64,000 nucleotides of DNA from Pachysolen tannophilus NRRL Y-2460 (taxonomy: Eukaryota): NCBI GenBank assembly GCA_001661245.1, contig KV454017.1, positions 1 to 64,000 on the forward strand, read 5' to 3'. Positions 32,892 to 42,289 of the stretch are shown here, in pieces. How positions within the stretch are numbered: the first letter of the stretch is position 1; every line of letters starts with the position of its first letter. Under the pieces are notes generated by a model. That model ran no database searches, was not told where the DNA came from, and worked only from the letters and a program-made list of their open reading frames with translations. The position numbers were made by a program, and so were the translations under genes.

Positions 32892-34377
32892 TCGCATTTA
32901 GATCCATATTTACAGAATCCGAGATTTCATCAATACTTGGTAAAGTTGAAGGAGTTGTAGATATATTTTTATCACCGGCCATTGCCAACACAGAAGATGC
33001 ACTTGGAGAAGATGTGCTTGAATTATCCACAATACCATTATTATCAGTGTTGTCAATTAGAATCGGTGGAATATTTTCAATTGGGGTCATCATTGGAGAA
33101 TTATCATTATTGTTAATGAGAATCTCGGCAGCACCAATAATCGCACCACTAACGGTGGCTGCTGATGATGCTTCTGCTGCTGCTAATGCTGCTGCTGATG
33201 ATGATGCCGATGCAACTGCGGTAGCTGCAGTGGCTGTGGTGGCTGCAGAAACAGAATTGGTAGTTGTATAATTGGATGAACCGCCATGATCAAACGATAC
33301 TTTTGGTGATGGAATTGGTGTTGTCATGCCGTTTGTACTTAACAATGTTGGTGAAATTGTATCACAAATTACCTCATGGTCAAGCTCATGTCCTTGACCA
33401 TGGTCAAGACCATGATCAAGGCCATGATCGAGCCTATGATCAAGCCCAAGTTCGCGATCATGATCATGGTCGTGATCACGATCACGGTCACGATCACGAT
33501 CGTTACCATGATTATGACCACGATTATGATCTTCATCGTCATCATCTTCGTAATCATCTTCATAGTCATCTTCGTCTTCATCATCATATTCATCTTCACT
33601 TGAATTGTTAAAGCTCATGATACCATGTAATTGATCATAATCCAAATTTTCTACATCAACCAAACCATCAACTTTTAAACCTTTATTTATAGCTAATTCT
33701 CTTAACATTTTATCTTTAATAATTAAATTTCCTACAATTATTTTTAATTCCATAACTGAATCATTTAATTCTCTAATAACATTTGATCTTTTTGTTGGAA
33801 TAACAATTTCAAATTCACATTTTAAACCTTTTTTCAAACATGAATGACAACTTTCTGGTTGAGAATCAATATAATTACATTTCGTCTTATGTTTACGACA
33901 TCTAGTACAACTTTTCAAAATTCTTGGTTTTGGTTGATCTGATGATAATAAATGATCAGGAATTTTAAAATCTTGAGGATTTGAAGTAATTGTTAAAATA
34001 TTTTTTGAACCACCTATACTAGAATTATTATTATTAACTGTATTTGTATTTGTAGAATTTGAACTTGTGAAAACACTTGCAAATTTTTTTTTCGAAATCT
34101 TTTTATTATTATTATGGCACAGCAGCAATTTTCTCTTTTTTGGTATATGATTACCATCATTTAAAATTTCCTTTTTAATATTAATTTCAGGTGTAATAGA
34201 ATATGGGGGTAACTGACTTGAAATCATTGTTGTTGCTGATGTTAATGGTACTGCTTGAACCGCTGAAGTTATTGGTACCATTGGTACCATTGGTACCAGT
34301 TGATGATTAACCGCCAATGTCTTTTTATTGGTAGGTTTAGGTAATATATTTGGTAAAATCTTTCTATTTTGCGTCAT
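32872..34377 (-). CDS. Zn(II)2Cys6 transcription factor (Sef1-like cluster plus coiled coil, no MHR domain), 0-frame product 501 aa
   Basis: SCTRCRKHKTKC...PESCHSCLKKGLKC followed by a heptad segment, then acidic, D/H-repeat and Ala/Ser-rich tracts. Confidence 0.88.
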   Translation of the reverse strand: MTQNRKILPNILPKPTNKKTLAVNHQLVPMVPMVPITSAVQAVPLTSATTMISSQLPPYSITPEINIKKEILNDGNHIPKKRKLLLCHNNNKKISKKKFASVFTSSNSTNTNTVNNNNSSIGGSKNILTITSNPQDFKIPDHLLSSDQPKPRILKSCTRCRKHKTKCNYIDSQPESCHSCLKKGLKCEFEIVIPTKRSNVIRELNDSVMELKIIVGNLIIKDKMLRELAINKGLKVDGLVDVENLDYDQLHGIMSFNNSSEDEYDDEDEDDYEDDYEDDDDEDHNRGHNHGNDRDRDRDRDHDHDHDRELGLDHRLDHGLDHGLDHGQGHELDHEVICDTISPTLLSTNGMTTPIPSPKVSFDHGGSSNYTTTNSVSAATTATAATAVASASSSAAALAAAEASSAATVSGAIIGAAEILINNNDNSPMMTPIENIPPILIDNTDNNGIVDNSSTSSPSASSVLAMAGDKNISTTPSTLPSIDEISDSVNMDLNARPIKVN

Positions 34378-35878
34378 TATAATAAAACTTCAAAAGATGT
34401 TTCAGCAACAACAAATTGCAAAAAATAAATAATTATAAATACCTATATAAATAAATAAATAGAATAAATATATATATATAAATACGTACGTACGTAATTA
34501 AGATTTAATAATATAAATCTCCTTCATATATATATAAAATATATATATAAGATATATATAATATTATATATGATGAAAGCGGGTATTTATGTTGGTCTAA
34601 AAGTCAAATAAGACTAATAAGCACATCTACATAAACTAAATTAGAAAACTGTTGCAAAGTTAATTATTACTTTTTCATTTTTTTTTTTCCACGCGGTCAA
34701 TCCATCCCTTTTTGAAAAGATCAACAATTAAATCAAATCAAATTAACTTTTTATAACACTTGTGACACTTGTTAAACTAGGAATAAAGCAATTACAAGAA
34801 TTTACAAGCTATGTACGAATTACAAATAAAAGACCTTCTCAGTTAATGAATGAATGAATTGTTTAAACTGATATTACCTTGGTGGTTAGTTTTTTTTTTT
34901 TTTAAAAAGAAAAAAGAAAAAAGAAAAAGAAAAAGATTTTCTTTTTCATGTAGGTTAATAAGAATTAAAAGAACTGGGGAAGTATTACATTTATTATAAG
35001 TTGTAATTGAACTTATTCTATTGGATAATTTATAAAAGATGCTCTGTATCTGCGTCTTTTGCTCATCTTTACAATTGCCGAACTAACCCCTGTTTTATTG
35101 GAAAAATTATGCATATTTTTCCCAGTTTATAAGGTTAACAAAAAAAAAACCAAAAAACCAAAAAAAACCTATAACTCAACTATAACTCAACTATCATTAG
35201 ACAGATTTTTCCAATCACTAGTTCTGTTGTTGGTGCTCTACTCCATCTATAAAATTTAAACCAAAAAAAATGATATTCTTTTTATTCTTTTTGTTCTTTT
35301 GTTCTTTTCTTTGATTTTTAGTACTTAATTTAAGGTTCTGCGAGATTTTTTTTAGTATATTTTAAACCGACCACAAACACAAAGAAACAAAGAAACAAAG
35401 AAACAAAGAGAAAAAAAAAAAAAAAAAAAAGCCGCAAATGAAATAACATAAAAGGGAAACCCCGTTTTTCGGGTTTGGGGCCGTACTATGTGAGAATGGG
35501 AATTGTACTAGTGTGCTTATTTTTGTTTGCACGGGAAATAATTGAAATAAAAAAAAGTATTAAAAAAACTTGTTAATATTGGGAACCAAATTAAAAAAAT
35601 TTCAATTGCGAAATGACAGATGAAAAATTTTTGATTCGAACTAAGGATAAATTGAATTAGCGAGAAACGGAAAATAAGAAAGTAAGACAAATAAAAGAGG
35701 GCGCTGGCGAGTCTAACTATAAGCACCAGCGCCCTTGTTATATCTCGTTACTACATACACTTGACGCCCGACACCAAGAAAAATAAAAAATAAACATCGT
35801 ACACCATCTGCACCACTTGCACCACAAGTGGTGCAAGTGGTGTGAGGTGGACCTCTTCACACGTTTTTCCTTTTTTTT

Positions 35879-36325
35879 TTAATTCTTTTTTACAATCCAA
35901 TCATTCAATCCATACCTATTTCTACAAATCTCAATAGCATAAAACTGTAAACGCAAGACAAATATTGTTCCTTCTTGATCATATTCACCATCAGAACTTA
36001 TTCTCATCAATGTACCAAAATTATAATCTTCAATTTTTTTCTCAAATAATTTTAAATAATTTCTCCATTTATTTTTGGCAACATTATTCTTTAAATCATT
36101 TTCATTAATAACTTTAACATAATTTGGATCTTCAAATTCAGGAAAATGTTTAATTAATTCATCAAAAATTTCATCATCATAACTTGTTAATTTAAGCCTT
36201 GATCCAGGAATTTTACTAATTAATTTCCAATACGTTTCAGCTTGTTCCACAGCAACAACTGCAAATTGTTTTTCAATATCTTCAGAATTCTCAGCTGTCT
36301 CTGCGTTAAACGTACTCAATGACAT
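35879..36325 (-). CDS. PBDC1/YPL225W family protein (eEF1A chaperone Chp1)
   Basis: FNAETAENSEDIEKQFAVVAV, LKLT..DDEI, KWR...F...IEDYNFGTL, RLQFYAIEICRNR.GLND. Adjacent to the MMT gene as in S. cerevisiae. RRPE-like site near 36413-36423. Confidence 0.92.
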   Translation of the reverse strand: MSLSTFNAETAENSEDIEKQFAVVAVEQAETYWKLISKIPGSRLKLTSYDDEIFDELIKHFPEFEDPNYVKVINENDLKNNVAKNKWRNYLKLFEKKIEDYNFGTLMRISSDGEYDQEGTIFVLRLQFYAIEICRNRYGLNDWIVKKN

Positions 36326-36555
36326 TTTCAATTCTACGGGAAACTACTACTTAAATCACAATTTTGATGTTTGATTTTACAGGTTTTCTTTTAAAAACTA
36401 AGAATAAAAATAAAAATTTTTCAATTTAAAAAAAAATTAATCACTTTCTTTTTGGTTGAAATTTACACTAAAAACAAATTATTATAAGTCTATATAGATA
36501 GATAGATAGATAGATAGATAGATGATAAATTTCATTTTTGTTCATTGATTCATGA

Positions 36556-38241
36556 TTATTTTTGGTCTGATTCAACTAAGTTTTTGCCTCCTTCAAATTC
36601 AATATTAATTTTTTTCAAATTTGGGTATTCTTTAGTTAAACCTTGTTTAACTTTTGAAATAATATAACCTATTCTTTCTATAGTAATTTCTTTTTCATAT
36701 GAAGAATTATATTTATTAATATTCAAAGTTAAACATGCATTTAAATTTGCACCTGAAGGCATTAATGTTAAATCTTTTAATAAAAAATTTCTATCATTTT
36801 CCATAAGTAAGACATTAACCTTATTTTCAAAATCTGTATACCTTGGATCATCTTTTAAAATCAGTTTATCAATTAATTCTTTCCAAGCTTGAACAACACC
36901 ACTAACACCAACTTTAACAATCAAGACAGAAACCAATAATCCACCAACAGAATCTAACCAGTAGATGTTACAATAATAGCCAGCTGATATGGTAACTAGG
37001 GCAACAAATGATGTAAGAGAATCAACTCTATGATGCCAGGCATTTGCAATTAATACTTTTGAATTTTGAGTTTCACCAATTTTCTTTGTTACTCTAAATA
37101 ACCATTCTTTAACAAATATAGAACCTAAAGCAATCCAAGCAGCGTTAATATCAGCAACTTCATTTATTATACCAGTATTAGCTCCACCATTATCATGATC
37201 ATGATCATGGTCATGGCTCTGACCTTGAACTTGACCTGAAGAAATAACATCTGTAGCTGTTGATACTGTTGTTGGAGTTGTATGAACATGAGAATGAGAA
37301 TGAGCAGGAAGTAAACTTGTGAAAAAATCCATAACGTTATGAGGTAATAATGGAGTTAAAACATCTAATAATGAAGCCCAACCTATTTGTATACCAGCAT
37401 ATAATAATATTAAAGATACAAATAATGAACCAATAGTTTCAATTTTACCAAATCCAAAGGGATAAGCATCAATAGGTTTTTGTGCTGCACTATTTACTGT
37501 AGCTAAAGTTAAAATATCAGAAATTGTATCACTTACCGAATGAACTGCATCAGCCAATAAGGCTTGAGAATGGAAATAAACTCCACTAACACCTTTTGTA
37601 GCAGCCATCAGGATATTAACAGCCAACCCAATTAAAGTGATTTTAACACCTGGATTCGAACGGAATTCTGATGTGTCATATAATTTCAATTCTTGAACAG
37701 AATGGGCTCCATGAGTATGAGAATGACCATGATGATGATCATCATCATCATGGTCAGCATCAGAAGCATCTGCACCATTATTGGCATCACCATTTTTATC
37801 ATTTTTTTTACCTGATTTCAGTTTATATAAATGCTTTATTGGATCAATAAGAGGAACATGAGGATTGAAAAAATCTTTAGTCTTTGTCCAAAAATTCTCC
37901 TTCTTCTTGTTCAATTCAATTTCAAAATCTTCACCATCTAAATCCAAATTATCCAATTCTGGAATACCTGTATTTAACCGATTTTTTTTTAAACCACCAC
38001 CTTCTGACTTTGTATCAAGTGTACTACTACTATGAGAATGTGAATGAGAATGAGAATGTGAATTTAAATCTGTATCATGAGAATGTGAATGTCTCAACAC
38101 AAGATATTGTGAAAATTGTTTTTCAAATTGAAATTGAAATTGAAATTCAAATCGTCTCCCAATAAAATTTTTTTGAACATTATTATAATTGATCAAACTT
38201 AACCTCGATAAAGTTGAAAAATTGCTTCTAGCTATTATCAT
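36556..38241 (-). CDS. MMT2: Mitochondrial cation diffusion facilitator (Mmt1/Mmt2 iron exporter) with His-rich loops
   Basis: SQALLADAVHSVSD, YPFGFGKIE, KEWLFR, LIANAWHHRVDSLTS, plus a mitochondrial presequence. Confidence 0.88.
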   Translation of the reverse strand: MIIARSNFSTLSRLSLINYNNVQKNFIGRRFEFQFQFQFEKQFSQYLVLRHSHSHDTDLNSHSHSHSHSHSSSTLDTKSEGGGLKKNRLNTGIPELDNLDLDGEDFEIELNKKKENFWTKTKDFFNPHVPLIDPIKHLYKLKSGKKNDKNGDANNGADASDADHDDDDHHHGHSHTHGAHSVQELKLYDTSEFRSNPGVKITLIGLAVNILMAATKGVSGVYFHSQALLADAVHSVSDTISDILTLATVNSAAQKPIDAYPFGFGKIETIGSLFVSLILLYAGIQIGWASLLDVLTPLLPHNVMDFFTSLLPAHSHSHVHTTPTTVSTATDVISSGQVQGQSHDHDHDHDNGGANTGIINEVADINAAWIALGSIFVKEWLFRVTKKIGETQNSKVLIANAWHHRVDSLTSFVALVTISAGYYCNIYWLDSVGGLLVSVLIVKVGVSGVVQAWKELIDKLILKDDPRYTDFENKVNVLLMENDRNFLLKDLTLMPSGANLNACLTLNINKYNSSYEKEITIERIGYIISKVKQGLTKEYPNLKKINIEFEGGKNLVESDQK

Positions 38242-39263
38242 CTTTCCGTATATTAAGAAAAAAAAAAAAAAAACACCACCAATAGTAATTCTAATTTTTT
38301 TTTCTTTTTAATCTTCAATTCCCTTTTATCTACCACAAATTTATTCCAAATAACAAAAAGAAAATAACAATTTAATAAATATATTAATAATATGGTAAAT
38401 AGTAAGTATATTCAAAGAATCCTTTGGGGTTCCTTCTCCTGGACACTGTTGAGTTTTTTTAATTTTTTTTCACCCTAAATATTTCTCGGAGAAGGAGAAG
38501 TTTTTTTTTTCCAAATAAAATCCTGGAAACTTTTCGGAGAAGTTTCAAAAAATAATTAATCCGAAATTTTTTAGTCTAAATTTACTTAAACTTCTCCGAT
38601 AAACAAAAGTCGGAGAAGATTCTTTATCTTTAATATTTTTTTTCGCGGTATTAAAGATTTCAATATGTGGGGTCGAATGTCGAATGTCGCACGATAATTG
38701 TCGACAAGTTAAAGTATTGTTTGGTATTTGAACCAATTGCAGTTTGAAAATGCTGGAAAAAGCGGGATAAAGGGATGATGAATATTTAATGAATAAGAAG
38801 AAGCGGGGCCAAAATTAAAAATTTGTATTTTTTTTCAAGTTTTTATAGTATCTTTACATGACTACATCTTAGTGCTGCTAACTACACTACTAGTTTTAGT
38901 TTTAAAATATAAAAAGTCACTCACTTAATAACCAATAGAAAAGAAAAAAATCTTTGAAATTTTTTTTTACTTCTCCTACTTTCTCGCTTTTTTTTTTTCT
39001 CCTTTGATGTTTTCCTGAAATTCAACATTTGAAAGTTATGCGCTGTTCAGTTTGATCTAAACTCAAGTAAGCCGATTAAATTATCTTGATTTATGTATCA
39101 AATGGACTTATCGCCTTTCTTTTGGTCGAAGTATTAGGTTGGACTTGAGTATGACGACAAGCGGCGAACGGCGGACATTGGGGCGGCAGGCAGCAGTAGC
39201 TTTGGGCTTGGGCTTGTCTTTTGCTACATAAATGAAAAAGAACTTCTTCTAACATCATTAATT

Positions 39264-39347
39264 GGAGGGTTGGCCGAGTGGTCTAAGGCGGTAGACTTAA
39301 GATCTACTGGACAGACGTCCGCGCGAGTTCGAACCTCGCATCCTTCA
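39264..39347 (+). tRNA. tRNA-Leu, anticodon TAA, intronless, long variable arm
   Basis: Acceptor GGAGGGT/ATCCTTC+A, A box TGGCCGAGTGG, anticodon arm GTAGA-CTTAAGA-TCTAC, B box GTTCGAACC, downstream poly-T terminator. Confidence 0.97.
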
Positions 39348-39625
39348 TTAATTTTTTTTTTTTTTTTTTCTTACATCTACTTATTTTATATTTCACAAAG
39401 ATGAAAATAAAACTACAATTTTTTTTTCTTTACATGAATTATATTTCAGTTTATTCAGAATATAACGATCGTTAATTGTAGAGGGGGGGTCATAAAAAAA
39501 ACATATACAAAACTTTTTTTTTTTTTTTTGTTTTTTCATTCTTTTTTTTTTTATTTCAAGAGAAATTGTCATTTTTTAAATTGTGACTTCTTTATATAAC
39601 CAACATAAATATAATTACCATCCTT

Positions 39626-41656
39626 TTAAATCATCTGTAACAGCTGGAAAGTAGCTGGTTCAAAAGCTTGAAACTCTATATTATTACCTCCGCAGTTGTT
39701 GCCACCAATTGGTAAATCAAGAAAATTATCTGATGATGACGAAAAATTCAAATCTGCTCTAGTAGTATCGAGCGAGAAAGCATCATTGTCACCAAAAAAT
39801 TTTTGATCAAACTGTAGTCCGCTGCTATTATTAATGTTGTTATTACTATTATTATTGTTGCTGTTGCTGCTGTTATTAGTATTAGTATTATTATTATCAT
39901 TAGTATTGGTACTGGCAATGCTGAAATTTGGGTTAAAGATCGAAGCATCATCACTTATTGGTAAGTTCATTGTATTTTTACTATCCTTGATGTCATCACA
40001 AGTTTGTCCCATTGCATTATCATTTAAATTAAAATATGCAGATGGTTGGAAAAAATCCCAATTTTCAAGATCATTCAAGTCATATTTAAAATAATTGGCA
40101 TCTGCATCAGAAACTGCTCTTCTATGGTTTTTCTGAAATGTAAATGGGAACCCAGAATCTTCTCTAAGAGATGGCTGATTCTGCAGCAGAAGGGTATTTG
40201 CGTTCAACAAATCTGCTGGTAAAAAGCCACTTGAAGGAGTTGTGGATAAGCCATTAGTTGAATAATTACCATTTTGTGGACCAACTGTATTGGCATTACT
40301 ATTCAATAACGAATCAACAATAAATTGTTCACGAGCTGTAGCCTGTGGATTGTTACCAGCGTTGTTGAGCAACATTCCATTATTTGAAACATCATTAAAT
40401 TGAAAATTATTGCTGCTGTTACTGTTGCCATTTTTGTTATAGGTAAAATTGTCACCAAGAGCTTGTGGAGATTCCAAGAAATTAATAACATTCGTACCTG
40501 TAGTATAGTTACTAACTGGAACCATTGGTGAATTCAAATAACCATCATTCAACGATAATACAGAAGCACTTGAAGGTGGTGTGCTCAAATTGTTGCCATT
40601 ATCTTCACCACTTGAAGAAACTTGGGAGCTTGTACTAGAGTGATGGTGTTGAGGTACCAGGGTACTTAAATGTTTACTATTATCCTCTGGTTCAGTTTTT
40701 GGTTGAACTTGACGATTGCCAATATAGAAAACATCTTCTTTAAATGTAGTTGGTTCTGGAGGAGAGCTTGTTGGATTTGCAATGGAAATAGACAAGCAAA
40801 TAGCCTTCTTCGTTGAGAAATTACCATTTTGATCATAATATTTTTTAATATATTCCCAGCACTTATCACCATAAGATTTAGGAGTCAATCCTGTGACACT
40901 TTTGAAAACACGGTGAAAATGCCATGGTGATAATTTTGATTTTGAAGCCAACTCTTTAAAACCCAATACCCCGCCTCTTCTTCTCCTCTTCTTATTCGAG
41001 CCATTACCAGCACCATCAGCCTTTTCCTGTTGCTCCAACTGTTGTTTAGACTTGACCTTCTCCTCATTCAACTTTAGCGCTGTGGAAGCAGCAGCCAAAG
41101 CAATGTGGCGACAAGCCAAATCAACCAACCGAACATGATCAGACTCGTTTTTAGAAATACCGCTCTTTTCCAGGTCAGCCGCACCAGCACCAACAGCACC
41201 CAACCCTCCTGGTCCGCCACCAAGGCCGCCGCCGCCGCCGCCGTGGACGGCCGGGGCAGAGTTACGCCTAAGTTTTGATTTCTTCAATACATTTTCTCTA
41301 ATAGCATTACTCTCCATATCATCATCCGACAATGGTGGGATGAACCCAATTTTGGAATTAATAGCACATACAGTTTCAACCAATACATCGATATCAACAG
41401 TTATAACCTTATCATTGTTTTCTCCATTAACCTCAGAGATCAAACAGTGATCACACTTCTTGAACCCCATTTTTAAAGCATCCTCAACATCATCCACAAA
41501 TAAAACTTCAGACTTCAAGTTTGTCTGCAAGCCCATGTCACAATTGGGGCGGCAGCAAACTTTTGTGGACTTATTGCACACAATAAACTTATCAGCGGCA
41601 AATGGATCATTAAATTGGTATGCATTCCATTTCAGTATATCCGATATATAACTCAT
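39626..41656 (-). CDS. Ada-type Zn-binding (methylphosphotriester methyltransferase-like) domain + AraC-type HTH + Asn/Ser-rich tail; putative transcription regulator
   Basis: KWNAYQFNDPFAADKFIVCNKSTKVCCRPNC...GFKKCDHC matches the Ada N-domain (CRPxC...CxxC). ELASKSKLSPWHFHRVFKSVTGLTPKSY matches the AraC HTH. NLS-like KKRRRR. First ATG is at 41656. Confidence 0.85.
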   Translation of the reverse strand: MSYISDILKWNAYQFNDPFAADKFIVCNKSTKVCCRPNCDMGLQTNLKSEVLFVDDVEDALKMGFKKCDHCLISEVNGENNDKVITVDIDVLVETVCAINSKIGFIPPLSDDDMESNAIRENVLKKSKLRRNSAPAVHGGGGGGLGGGPGGLGAVGAGAADLEKSGISKNESDHVRLVDLACRHIALAAASTALKLNEEKVKSKQQLEQQEKADGAGNGSNKKRRRRGGVLGFKELASKSKLSPWHFHRVFKSVTGLTPKSYGDKCWEYIKKYYDQNGNFSTKKAICLSISIANPTSSPPEPTTFKEDVFYIGNRQVQPKTEPEDNSKHLSTLVPQHHHSSTSSQVSSSGEDNGNNLSTPPSSASVLSLNDGYLNSPMVPVSNYTTGTNVINFLESPQALGDNFTYNKNGNSNSSNNFQFNDVSNNGMLLNNAGNNPQATAREQFIVDSLLNSNANTVGPQNGNYSTNGLSTTPSSGFLPADLLNANTLLLQNQPSLREDSGFPFTFQKNHRRAVSDADANYFKYDLNDLENWDFFQPSAYFNLNDNAMGQTCDDIKDSKNTMNLPISDDASIFNPNFSIASTNTNDNNNTNTNNSSNSNNNNSNNNINNSSGLQFDQKFFGDNDAFSLDTTRADLNFSSSSDNFLDLPIGGNNCGGNNIEFQAFEPATFQLLQMI

Positions 41657-41905
41657 AATCAATATATATATTTTTTGATTTTATTAAACAATTAAAGTTA
41701 ACTCAAGTTGAGTAAAGTCTCTAACAAAAATAAATAATAATAATAATAATAATAATAAATTAATATAAATAATATAAAATCGGATAAAGTGGGCTAATCT
41801 AACTAAATTGTCTAAGATATAAAAAAACCAACTTTAAAAATAATTAATATACTTTTTATTGAAATGAATCAGAAAAAAAAAAAAAAAAAATTTTATAAAT
41901 TAAAA

Positions 41906-42289
41906 NNNNNNNNNNNNNNNNNNNNNNNNNNNNNNNNNNNNNNNNNNNNNNNNNNNNNNNNNNNNNNNNNNNNNNNNNNNNNNNNNNNNNNNNNNNNNNN
42001 NNNNNNNNNNNNNNNNNNNNNNNNNNNNNNNNNNNNNNNNNNNNNNNNNNNNNNNNNNNNNNNNNNNNNNNNNNNNNNNNNNNNNNNNNNNNNNNNNNNN
42101 NNNNNNNNNNNNNNNNNNNNNNNNNNNNNNNNNNNNNNNNNNNNNNNNNNNNNNNNNNNNNNNNNNNNNNNNNNNNNNNNNNNNNNNNNNNNNNNNNNNN
42201 NNNNNNNNNNNNNNNNNNNNNNNNNNNNNNNNNNNNNNNNNNNNNNNNNNNNNNNNNNNNNNNNNNNNNNNNNNNNNNNNNNNNNNNNN
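41906..42289. other. Assembly gap flanked by a near-identical ~55-bp sequence
   Basis: tactttttattgaaatgaatcag(A)n occurs at 41850 and again at 42290. Confidence 0.9.

Noticed and set aside
32565..32897. Independent 110-aa gene starting at ATG 32897
   Set aside because: Its ATG lies inside the upstream CDS with no promoter space, so a frameshift continuation explains it better. Re-initiation is not strictly excluded.
39264..39347. Possible reassigned tRNA(CAG)
   Set aside because: The anticodon is TAA with an ordinary Leu body, so it is not the CUG decoder.
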